DNA of 64,000 nt, taken from Lepidodermella squamata. Its lineage: Eukaryota > Animalia > Gastrotricha. Position numbers and translations under genes: made by a program. Position 1 is the first letter of the stretch; each line of letters opens with the position of its first letter. The DNA lies in NCBI GenBank assembly GCA_047495785.1, contig JBLDXI010000073.1, positions 62,001 to 126,000 on the forward strand. The letters are read 5' to 3'. Positions 1-11,512 of this stretch are shown here, in pieces. Below the pieces are notes generated by a model, which saw only the letters and a list, made by a program, of their open reading frames with translations, did no database searches and was not told the origin of the DNA.

Positions 1-21
1 CAGTCATATGACCCATTGTTA

Positions 22-169
22 CATAGAGCGAAGTAGGACCGCGGAACTGCTAGGGATTGCAAAAATCGACATAAGGGTCCCCCCTTTGGTCTTTGACTGA
101 GCTCACCTTGCGGACCTCATGAACTGGTAGGGATGATCCCTACCATCCCTAGCGGTACTTCGCTCTCTG
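22..169. mobile_element. Small non-autonomous DNA transposon (hAT-like MITE, 148 bp)
   Basis: Terminal inverted repeats CATAGAGCGAAGTA ... TACTTCGCTCTCTG, flanked by the 8-bp direct repeat CATTGTTA (14-21 and 170-177). Confidence 0.8.
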
Positions 170-248
170 CATTGTTAACCCCGCTTTTGATAGGATTTTT
201 TTGGCGGTTCATATTTCAGTACTTTTTCGGTAATAATGCGCACATTTT

Positions 249-936
249 CAGGCCCGCCTACGTTACGGCTCTGCGCGCGCTCCTATTGGCCAGCTCATTT
301 TGAACTGTAATCAAAGGGCACTCTATGAATTTCACGTCGGCTTTTACATCAAAGTGAAGTAAATTGAATTCTCTATCGATTGAATATAGATTTGTTGCGA
401 TTGAAATTTGAGAATTAAACATTTTACGTGCATATCTTTTACTTGGTGTTGCGCTCGCGTGAGGTCACCCGCCCTAATTTTTCAGTGCGCGTAAAACTTT
501 TTCCCTTTCAATTTTTCGAGCGAGAACCCTATATTCAATCGATAGAGGATTCAATTCTCTTCATTTTGGCATAAAAACCGACACAAAAAATTCAAGTTAC
601 TCTTTGACAACTGCGCGCGCGGTAAAATTAGCGATTAATAACAGTGCGCACGACTTGGGCGAGTGAGCGTGCCTTGTAAATGTGTCCTGAAGTTAGCCAT
701 GTTTGCTTATTTTTCGTACCTACCATGCACATTTTATATCGATAGATGAGGATTTTTTCGGTTGAAATTATGTTTTATAAATCTGATAAAATATATGCGA
801 AATGCGCAACTTTTTTGGGTTAAAATTGATTTAGTTGTGCACGCGCGCACTTACGGCGCGCATGTGTTGCGTAACAGTGTGCGCGAAATGGCCGGCCAAT
901 AGGAGCGCGCGCAGAGCCGTAACGTAGGCGGGCCTG
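249..936. mobile_element. MITE-like element with ~45-bp TIRs and an internal inverted repeat
   Basis: CAGGCCCGCCTACGTTACGGCTCTGCGCGCGCTCCTATTGGCC at 249, with its reverse complement ending at 936. A second imperfect inverted pair lies at ~337-390 / ~528-582. No clear TSD. Confidence 0.75.
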
Positions 937-1629
937 TGCTAATAATGCCGGAAAAGTACCGAAATTTGCCGCGTAATTAAACCCCCATATACGGTGCGAT
1001 GAAACCACCATTTGCCACTATACTAAGTATCCCTGTTTCAATATTGTTGAAAAAGTTGTTGATCAAGCTCGAGTGGTCCAGGACAGAAAACCCGAAACCT
1101 TTATATGAATTTATATGAAAAAGATAATAGATAACTAACATGTTCCGCTATTCTCAAGTTTACTGTAGTCCCATAAAGGCGATTGCATGTCAACGAGACT
1201 GTTGTCGTCCCATCGATAAGTCGCCACCAACCCGGACCAGACCGTTTCAGAGCTTACAATCAGCCCCGCGGCCTGGGCTAGATCAGCTTGCGAAGATATA
1301 ACGGCCAGGCGGCCGCCCGCATTCCTACAAGCCTCCATAGCCGGGCGGAAGTACGAAATCGCGGAAATGATTTCGCTGCTGGCGTCGCCTCCTTCATACA
1401 GGCTGCGTAGTTCTCCGCAAAGTTGGTCGAGTTCGCATAGATGGCCACCTTAGCAAATCAAATTAAATTAGGTAGCATTGAGTATACTCAAGCTGCCCAC
1501 CCTAGTTGAACCTTCGGGACAGGTGTCGTAGCACTTCTTGCCGTTTGAAGACTCGCACTGGACAGCAAACTGGAAAAACAAAGATATCCACAGTGTAAAT
1601 AAGAAGTTCATTGAAGGTCGTTGAAATAT

Positions 1630-1800
1630 ATGCTTATTTCTAATTTAGGTGGTGCTGTTTATTGATGCGGTGCGATGCGGTGATTGGGTCCGATGCTACT
1701 CGCAATTCGATGACAAATTCACTGATTGCCGCGAATTACCCACTGGTTGCTTTCGATTATTACGTGAATATCAAGTTGAAAGCTTGCAATATCAAACGGT
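1630..1800 (+). pseudogene. Orphan exon-1 fragment of the lectin family, antisense within the long intron of copy 1
   Basis: VLFIDAVRCGDWVRCYSQFDDKFTDCRELPTGC is most similar to exon 1 of copy 4 (16578-16740), including the start of the intron. The upstream ATG is out of frame and no exon 2 follows. Confidence 0.8.
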
Positions 1801-1966
1801 TTTTCTTGTGTACCATTCCAGCGCCGGGGTATTTTCGATGTACTTACCAAACAATTCGACCCCCAGATTAATAAATTTTCTTGAAGTTCATTGGATTCTA
1901 AGATCATTGGTCAATGTCCCGAATCTTTCTGACGCATCGTTATTACGTAATTGCTAAAAGACGCGA

Positions 1967-2104
1967 ACTCACCTGTGAGTATGCGGCGTTTTCCTGCAAA
2001 TTTGTGTACTCACCAATGAGTATATGGCATCAGGCTCTTTTAATGACTTCTCACATATGAGCATACAGCCTTAAAGCTCAAAATTACTATACTCACCTAT
2101 GAGT
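1967..2104. repeat. Four regularly spaced palindromic motifs ACTCA-N4-TGAGT (fifth copy at 2460)
   Basis: Motif starts at 1967, 2008, 2049 (TCTCA..TGAGC variant) and 2091, spaced 41, 41 and 42 bp with dissimilar spacers. Confidence 0.65.
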
Positions 2105-5100
2105 ATTTAGCGCTAGCTTGGAAACATTACAAAACAAAATTGTGCAGCAATCCTGTGGTTTTAAGGTTTTTCTGTTGAAAAGACACTACCAGAGATTTTA
2201 GAATGTTTTCTCCTTGAAAGCGTCATCTCTAAAAATTAGCTGATCTACCGAAAAAATACTTTGAAAGATTGCGTAACTCGAGAGGGGCGAAATCGATAAT
2301 CGATAATCAGTTATTTCTCCGGGGAGGAATGAGTATTAGGTGATTTTGACTTCAGATTTGAGTTCTACAGGTGTTACTTGGTCTTGGTGATGCACCGACG
2401 GATATTTTAGAAGCACAGGTCTCGTGCAAAAAAATCGCAAAAAAGCAACACACCCGCACACTCACATATGAGTTTATGGAGATATCCAGCGAATTTGAGG
2501 CTACTCTAATGTGATTATATGGCTATATTCTGCTATTTTCGGCCGGTAAAGTGTTAAACAAAAATTACCATTTTTGAGAAAGTAAAAATATTCCTTTCGT
2601 ATTTAGAGTTTCACCCATTCTGTTAGAAACATCAATTAATCCAAGTAGATTCAGCCCCTATCATGCAATGGTTCATACCGTTGCAAAGGTCCTCTCCTTA
2701 AGAATTCGGTTATGTAACATTGAAGGCCATCCGACATAAAGGTAAGGTGTGATACGATACCAACGGGAAGAGACTCTGAATTTTCCCCATTCAATGGGCG
2801 CATGCGTATAAAAGGCTCGTTTAAAACCTCAATTTGCGATTTTTTGTCGCGATTTTTGAAAGACTTTGCGACCACGATTTTCGAACGGTTTTTTCCGTCC
2901 AGAAGGATTTTAATGGAGAGTTGCTAGCAGTGTCGAGTCCATGCAGTTTTAGCCATAAACGCGTGACAGGGTTTGAGAATTACAATGCTATCCCCCAATT
3001 GCAGCAACAGAAGCAATTACCGTACTGCCCGAAAAAAGCCAGCCTCAAATAAATGTCAGAGGTTAGAGGTCGTTCGAAATAATATATGTCAGGTCTATTG
3101 CAGGGACAATACTGAAGATCACTAATGAGGTCATTATAGCCATTCTGAATGGAGATGAATTTCTACTTTTGGCTTATAGAAAGGTCAGTGACCAATTTTT
3201 TGGGTCAAAATACGTAGGATCTCAGGAAAATTTATGCCATTTTGGTACCCAGGCAAGTTACTAGTTGGTTCGAATAAATAAATGTCAGTCCCTTTCAAAT
3301 GTAAGGGGTTCATCAGCGTTTGAAAAAAAAAAACAAATGTCATGGCTTTTGTTCCGGGCAGTACGGTAAATATACATAGAATTGACGTCAAAAATATAGG
3401 TCGAGTAGCTTTGACAATTCGATATTTGTACGGTATGACATCCGTAAATCGTTCATATCTGAACTCGCCGCACTCGATTTACTCATCCCAACTCGCCTCC
3501 GGCCAGCTCCGTTCAGATATAAACTTTTTACTCATGTTATACCATACAAATATAAAATATCTCACTCAAAGCCGAAATGCGAAAATAGCGACGACTTACC
3601 CATGATAAGCAGTTAGCTTTATTCCTGTAGACGCCGGTCGAGAATTCGCTTGTTTCATTAGCAATGCAGCCATTGCTGCTCAGCCTACAGCCGGAGAATT
3701 CACGCGTAACGGCATTGAAACAACGAATGTGCGGCTTGATAGAATCAGCAGCGTCGCCTTCGAAAAAATTCGTAAACAACTGTGAGATGAATGATTCAAT
3801 TCAATAAACTAGCAGTAAACAAAGTATCCTGAAAGGAAAATTCGTGCTACGTTTCTTAGCCTTGGAACTCACCGCTGAATCTCCGAAGGCAGGCCTCTAA
3901 ACCCGAGAATTCCGTATTCGGCAATTTTGTCTACAATAAGGAATTAGACACACTGGTAAGCGAATTCATATAAATATTACCCCACTGGGACACGAAAACT
4001 CGATTGGCACGCAGGTGATCAAAGTCTGAGCTGCACCAATGCAGGCGTTGAATTTTCGAGCCTTGGAAGGAAATGGTTCTAAATCGGGAAAAAATAAATA
4101 ATCGGAGCACTCACGGGGAAAGAACTATAGTCTTTAGCGCAGCTATCTAGATTTCCTCTGAATGGAAAGACTCCATTGTAAGAGCCACCGACCTAGAGAA
4201 TTTTAGATAAATTACTGAAAATTATGAATAAAATTAAAACCATTATTTCATTAGTTTTTCCGCAACCAGGCGAGCCTGGTCGGCATGTCGCAGCGTAAGT
4301 ATCGAATCTGTAGCACAATCTCGCGGTCTGTTGAATCACAAATCAGTTAAATGAACGATTGAATTAGGAAAACAAACCGCTCTCATACAAGACGTTTGAT
4401 CCGCGATAGTTGAGCCAACCTGGCACATTTAAAAGTGTTAAAGGAAACATTATTAGGCAGGGATTAAACCTGATATTCACGCAGTAGATAGCACCCGTTA
4501 GGTAATTCGCGGCAATTGGTGAATGAATCGTCGAATTGCGAGAAACAACGGGCCCAATCGCCACATCGCACCACGCCGCTGACGGCGATCAACGCGGCCA
4601 AAATAGAAATCGGCAAGTTCATGATTTTGCCAGATGAGAACAAGTAATAATTTCGTTTTTGTAATACGTGCTTTAATCTAAAAATGATACGCAAAATGTG
4701 GCTGTTTGAATGTTTAGACAATGCTTGAGCAATTTTACTATGCCGAGCAATTTTGCCTGAATAATATCAAATAGAGATAATAGATCAGCAATATCGGATG
4801 AAACGTTTTCAACTTGTTGAAAATAAGTGAGAGATAAAATGGAAAAAGTGAATGGCTTTGAAAAAATCACAATTCATAAAACGTAGTACGTGATCGAGAT
4901 CGCGTGTGATTGTAGCATCTGGCCTCGCGTGATTGATGTTGTTTTCACTTTTCCTGAATCGCGAGCATCTTTTAATAATATTTTCCAACACTTAGGGGAT
5001 GTGATCGAAGCAAAAATTATTATTCGCCTGAATTTTGATATAATTTACCCAATATGATCAAATATTTGCTGTTTTCGGTCAAAATTAATTTGAAAATTTA

Positions 5101-5144
5101 CATTGGGGCAAATTTTAAATAAAAACCAAGCAAAATCAAATTGG

Positions 5145-5430
5145 CTTAGTGGAACCATCGAATCCACAAAATCGCTATTGGCTGGACTAAAAATGGCTGA
5201 AGGACGCGATTGGTTAGATTTTCCAGCATCTTAGCGTGTTATTTCTTGAACAGAAAGAATATCCTGAATCTCCCGGGTTCGATTCGCGGTGGCCGAGCAT
5301 CATTTTTTCTGAGATTTTTCACTTTTCAAGAAATAACATGCCAAGATGATGGAAAATCTAGCCAATCGCGTCCTTCAACCATTTTTAGTCCAGCCAATAG
5401 CGATTTTGTGGATTCGATGGTTCCACTAAG
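5145..5430. mobile_element. Foldback MITE with ~105-bp inverted arms
   Basis: CTTAGTGGAACCATCGAATCCACAAAATCGCTATTGGCTGGACTAAAAATGG... and its near-perfect reverse complement ending ...GGTTCCACTAAG. TSD ambiguous. Confidence 0.8.
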
Positions 5431-7260
5431 GATTGCCCTGCTTTTCACTTATTGACCTCATTCTTGACATTATTCTAATAAATGTGGCTAAAAATAGCTT
5501 TAAATCGACGAAAAATACCATAAATCAAAGAAAATCTATGTCTTGCTCGAGGCAGGATTTTATTAAAATATGGCTGTTATCGCAAACCTAATCAAGTTTT
5601 AAGCTGAAATATCTTGTGCAACAATGAAAATGCTGATTCATCGCTTTTTCAGGTATAAGTTTTCAGCAGCACTTACGAGGACAGCAATAGTGCCATAATT
5701 TTTTCCAGGGTTGGGGCTGTTCAAACAATACAGTATGTTTAAACATACTGTTTAAACAGGTCCGAAAAATCTGAAAAAACAGGGTTTATACAGGTCGAAC
5801 AGTGTTTTAACTACGATCTAACATAAATGGTATATCGGAGCATAAAAATATAGATCAGGTTTCCCTAACATTTGCTTATGACGTAGCTGATGGTAGATAT
5901 AAGCTCTGAGCTCTGAAGAAACAATCGAAAATGGCTGGGTAAATATCAATCAGTCAGCTTATCGATCACCAATAACCGATAATCGATAACCGATAATCGG
6001 TGTCGAATGCTATAAAGCTGATGTCACCAGCTTGTTCGGCAAAAGTTACCCTAGAAGCCAAATTTTCAAGCCTCTGTCTATCATAATAACGAAGATATCG
6101 CGAAATCAGTTTATGCTTCCGGTAGGGTATAATTGGGCGGTTTCGTGAAGTTGAGTAGAAGTCAATTTTACTGATTTACTGGCCACGAAGATAAAGCCCA
6201 AAAAGAAGAAGAAGACATACAACGGTTGATCGGGCATTGCTCAGTTTTTAAAAAAATGCTCCTCAGAGAAGCTTTAGCTGGAGAGATCAAGGTACGGAGT
6301 GGAATGGTGTCGAATGAAACGTCGAATTCAAGACGAAGTCTAATGTGGATGCCGAAAGCATTTGTGAACACTTTGAAAAAGCAACTTGAATGAGGTTGAA
6401 GAAGGACCCGCATCTAGAAATGAGCACTTATGTCAATGAATGCACTTATGAAATGTCAATCAAGCGTGTATGTAGCCATCATGATGATGCAACCGGCAAG
6501 CACCTTTCCAAGAAGGCGAATGCTGCTCCTGGAGTCAACCGTCAGGTCGTGATAGCAGCATAACCGATTGCCTCTCAGTTCTTACCGGCAATCCACTGAA
6601 ATCCGCTTCTAAAAATGCTGCTTAATCCACGCTTAATTCAGCACAATTTACATAACTTTTCTATCCATCATAGTTTTTGAGAAATTACATTGGGAACGCA
6701 ACAACGACGCGGCGTTAAGTTACCAAAAGCTAACAACACCCGTTTCTAATGTAAACAAATAATTTTAAAAAATATGGGATTTTGATAATTTTGCACGTTC
6801 AAATTTCTTTTATGAATTAATTTAATTTTTTGGTGAATAACGTTCATGAAAAACGCGAAATTTGAATTTTTCGTCGTTCACTTATCGGATGGGGGCCTGC
6901 TATTAAGCCTCCTTAGCAACAAGCCGGAATAACATATTAGTGTTTTTTTGAGACGAGCCTTTTGTCATCGGTCATGGAATGGAATTTTACGATGAAAATT
7001 CAATTTCCCGCGAGCACATGAAATAGGCCCTTTGTGTTCGGACTTGGCGTTTTCTATGTTCAACGACCGAAAGTGCGTGATGGGAGTTGAAAACCCAACT
7101 TGTTGATGCTGTTCCACGAAAACAAGTCCTATTACAGACGAAAAGAAAGGAACGCGCGCGACTGGAAGTTCATACGCTCGTAATTAAAATTCCAAGCAAT
7201 TGCTCGTTTGAACAACTCGAACCTGTAAATTGCTATCGGTCATTGTCGAAAACTACAAAA

Positions 7261-10089
7261 ATGAATTTTTCTCTATTTTTAATTGTGTTGGCGTTCTTAG
7301 CTGGAATCGATTTTGCACTCTGCGGGCAATGGGCTCGTTGTTTCTCTCAATTCGACGACAAATTCGTTGATTGCCGCGAGCTACCAAATGGTTGTCATCG
7401 ATTGAGCGAATATCAAGCGAGTTTCCCATGATTCTTGCCACGAATTTCCAATAATTGTCCTACGACAGGTTGGGAATGGCTGGGTAGATAAAACGACCTG
7501 TCTACGTGCGGTTAATTTCCTGCTCAATGATTTATTTCGGTTCACTATTTTGATTTTTTTTCAGGCAGCTAGACTGTGTTACAAATTTGCTACTAACGCA
7601 GCGACATGCCGGCCTGGCATTCCTGGGTGTGGGAAAACAACAGAAATAATGGTAATTCAAATACGAATTTAAAAGGGAATTTTACCGTTTATATTTTCGT
7701 CAAGATAATAAATTCAATTTTAAAAAATTGTAATTTTCAGTCTTAGAAATTCCTTCATCATTATCATGAAGACATTAGTTCAAACATTTTTTGGAATGAT
7801 TCGATCTATTCAGTTTTGCATACTTGTTTCTGTATGAAAATTATGAACTTGATTAAATTAAAGCCTTAATTGAAAATTTTATTAAAATTCTGTAATTTCT
7901 GACCAATTTTAGATTGGAGGTCCCTACAACGGCGCCCTCCCGTTCAAGACAAATCTCGTTGCTTGCGATAAAGATTTCAATTTATTGATGGTAAACATTA
8001 ATGAATTTATCTCATCCATATTAATTACGTTATACTTTGTCAATTTTAGAACAAAAAATTTATCGCGTGCCTCGATCCTGCTCAACAGCCTGTTACCTGT
8101 GTTCCTGCTGGATTTTCATGCCCAAGTAATTCGGTGAGTGCAAATTTTTCGATCTATTTAGCATCAATCGATTGAATTTAAAATCAGACCAAATCACCAA
8201 CAACACCGACCAGCTTAGAAGCTTGCCTGCAAAAATCAAGCGGTAGGTGAACAACTCGAGTGTAGCTTGAACATATGAAAATGTCCGAATCAATTCCAGC
8301 TGACCGCGCGGACGCAGTCAAGCCCCACGTCCGCTGTTTCAATGCTGCTACTCGTGAATTCACCACATGCCGGTTGAATACAACCCGATGCTTCGCTAAT
8401 GAAACTGATGAATTTTCGAGCGGTGTTTACAGAAGCAAGGCTAACTGCCTATCATGGGTATCATTTTCGAACTTTTTTTAAAAAATGAAAAAAAATCGTG
8501 TTCCGAAATATGAAAATTCGACACTTTGGCGGCAAATTTTATATCGCGCAATAATTGATTTCTCGTTAATTATCCTTTCAGAATGCCGTACAATGCGATA
8601 ATTCAAATGGGAAAAAGTGCTACAACATTTGTCCCGTCGGAGCGACCATGGTAAGTTGCTTGATTTCAATCTATTGCTATTCATATTGACGATTCACGGA
8701 TTAGGTTAAAGTGTACTGTATATCTACTAATTTTCGGTGGTCACTAATTTTCGGTTTTGGAGATTTCGGACCTGTACTTTTAATTTCGGTGGATTTGAAT
8801 TCGGTTTGAGAGTAGATCCTGAGAAAAAAATTCGAAATTAGTCACTTAAAAATGGATTTCAGTGCTTCAATTTCGTGTTTTTACACGCTATGCGGAGATA
8901 ATCACTGCTTTAGCAGCGTCAATATCTGCTGCTTCCAATATCCTTACTACCTAAAATTGCAGGTAACACAATTTTGGCACATTTTACCCTACTTTACCAT
9001 GATAAAGCTGTATTGTAGAAAAGAACTATAAATTGGCCGAATTTATTTTCGGTGATTTTGAATTCGGTGTTTCCTCAAAAACACCGAATTCAAAGATCAA
9101 ACCGAAAATTAGTGACCACCGAAAAATAGTAGATATACAGTATTCAAACTCGACGAAATTTGCGGAAAATTACGCAGCCTGTTCGAATGACTTGAACCGA
9201 TATTTTCTATCGCCGCTAGGCTCTGGCTACTTCCGTCTCCAATTACTGGCGTGTAGAAGCCAAGGCGGACGCTTGGCGACCTTATCAACTCCGGCTGACG
9301 TGATTGCGGCCGAAAGTATTCTAGGCTCGAACGCAGCGTTCATCTGACTAATTGCTGATTTTAGATGGGACGATGGCACTCTCGTCGACATCAACTCGGA
9401 TTTTTGGGAAGCCGAGAATCCAAGTAGCACCGGCTCATGTAAGTCATTCGAGCTAAAAATTTCCTTCCTCCTCGATATATGTTTTGAAATAATATCAAAT
9501 TAACGCATTTTCGATGTTTTAATAAACTAAACTAAACAGGCATGGCCATGTCAGATTCCGGCTTTGTCGATGCTTGGTGCGGCACTGCGAGGAATGGTGT
9601 GTGTGCTGGCGCTGTAAGTTGAGCTAGCGCTTGATTGAACCATACCTCCTAAACTAACAATGTTTGTAGACTTTGGCGGAACTTGAAGTGACGGCAACGA
9701 CCGGCAACAGAACGAAGACGGCAGCTGAATGTCAGCGTCTGAACAAAAGTTTGGCTATAATCAAGGATCATGCAACCTTCGAAGCTGCTCGAGCATTAGT
9801 CAATGGGACAGGCCTTCGACCCTTCATCGGCGCCCAGCGTGTCAATCTCGCCGAGTACTCCTGGATAACAGGGGAGCCGTTTCAGAACAGCTCGTTCTTC
9901 TATTTTCAAAATTCTCCTACCGCCAGCGTGCATTGTAAGTTCTATAATGCGTTTATAGTACTATACTAAGATTTACCTCGACATTCGTTGTTAAACACAG
10001 GTGCAACCTTCTATGTAAACAGACCTCAACGAACGACGTGCGCGGGCGGTTTTATATACCCTGCTCTTTGCGAGCGTACTACATTGTGA
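7261..10089 (+). pseudogene. Cys-module / C-type lectin family, copy 2 (subfamily A); MITE in exon and in-frame stop
   Basis: ATG 7261 with signal peptide; 12 exons colinear with copy 3, ending CERTTL* at 10089. Exon 9 (VKVYSNSTKF) is split by a 425-bp insertion, and TGA at 9345-9347 replaces the conserved Gly of F/Y-I/L-G-L. Confidence 0.8.
8716..9140. mobile_element. Tc1/mariner-type MITE (TA target duplication) inserted in a coding exon
   Basis: TA|CTGTATATCTACTAATTTTCGGTGGTCACTAATTTTCGG ... CCGAAAATTAGTGACCACCGAAAAATAGTAGATATACAG|TA. Removing it restores GTT AAA GTG TAT TCA AAC (VKVYSN), matching VKTYSN in copy 3. Confidence 0.92.
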
Positions 10090-11512
10090 ATCGTCTAGTT
10101 TCAAAGCAAACACCTTCTTAGAAGACTATCACTCTTGACACGATCACCCTCGAAACAATTATTTCTTTCCGTCAAATGAACGGTCTCAACTACCTCGTTA
10201 TACGTTAATAAAGAGCAACAAATAAAATTGACTCTCGACAAGGTGTGTTTTTTTAAATCACCCTGGAATTTCGGGAAGCTCAGGTGTAGGCACCGGATGG
10301 CATATGTTTCGATGTAAACACCAGATGTTTTCGGGCAATGAAGCCTTCTATATAGCTCCAAATTCTCATTTAACGATGAGCTTCGGAAATGGGCGACCCG
10401 AAAATTATCTATGTAAAAAGGCTTCTCGAAAAAGAGTGCTGGTTATAAAACGACTTGTAGCCAGTCCCCGTGTGAGAGGCTCTGCTGGCTAGATTTTGGT
10501 ACTTGGCATTTACGAAGAATTTTGCGAGCGTCTTCTGACGTTGGGCGAATTACCACAGACGAAGTTGACGCAGTCTGCCATATCAAGACCTGCTGCTAGC
10601 AAGAAGCGTTCGCCATAGCGTTTGAAGGCATCCTCAAAGGAGTCGACTCATTTCCGTTTCGAAGGCAGTTGGCTTGAATTTCCAACAGTTTTGCAACGGA
10701 GGAGAGCGCAAGGCAGCGAAGGGCAGTGGCTCCATGGGCAAACATCGACTCCGGGAATGTTTTATGGAATGTTTTATTGTCTGATTTTTAGCCTGATTTC
10801 CTGTCATTGTTCCGATGATTAAATGAAATTATATTGAAAAATTTGATAGGCATAAATTTTTTTGAATAAGGGAGTGGTATTTATTTTTCAGTTTCGCTTC
10901 GACGAACAGTGAAAAAGGCGGCAATTATCGTGGTTCGAACCTTGATCGGAAAATAAAGAAGTTCGATGTCGGTTCCGTTAAAATTGATTAATACGCTAAA
11001 TAAATTCCTGAACATAGCCTATTAGGAAAATAAATTCTCCCGTTTCTAGATTTTTAGTTGTATTTTCCTCAATTTATAAAGTAATCCGACGCCTTACTTA
11101 GAATTTTGAAGGCCACAACGTGAACTCGAAAAAACGCTAAGAATAAAACGAATCTGTTAAATATCGAAAGCAGCAAATTCTTCATTTTGCTGTGTTACTC
11201 ACTCAACATCATCTGTTGTCACAAAATCATTTGTAATTACCATCAATTTCCGTCATTTAACATTCGATTGGTGTAGTGTAAAAGTGGCTACGTTGTCCAA
11301 CCCATTTAACGCCGGTCTGATATGGCTGGAAACATTTGATACAAGTTTTGTTTATCTCATAACGCCTATTCAGTTCCGCGTGTCCTAACGTTTTTGCTCG
11401 CGATTAAAATAGAAATATTGTTGAACATTTGCTTTTTTTTATTAACCATAAAATAAGCATTAAACTAAGATTTCCAATCGATAATAAGGCTAACGTTTAT
11501 TTACTGGCTAAA

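Larger units (their letters stand above)
1140..4622 (-). pseudogene. Cys-module / C-type lectin family, copy 1 (subfamily A); frameshifted, 3' exons not found in window
   Basis: ATG 4622 MNLPISILAALIAVSGVVRCGDWARCFSQFDD. Successive exons match copy 3 (TARLCY.., KPHIRCFNAVTREF.., VQCESSNGKKCYDTCP, YANSTNFAENYAAC). The frame shifts at ~1368, where the RYF motif is deleted, before ISAISYFRPAMEACRNAGGRLA. No second lectin domain is seen in 1-1130. Confidence 0.7.

Noticed and set aside
6170-6600. Possible transposase or gene relic (also 10250-10750 and 46100-47400)
   Set aside because: Coding-like composition, but no motif I can recognise and no consistent frame. Would need BLASTX.
9345-9347. 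TGA read as Gly, Trp or Sec (alternative code or readthrough)
   Set aside because: TGA is the normal terminator in copies 2, 3 and 7. A single GGA>TGA change in a copy that also carries an exonic MITE is simpler.
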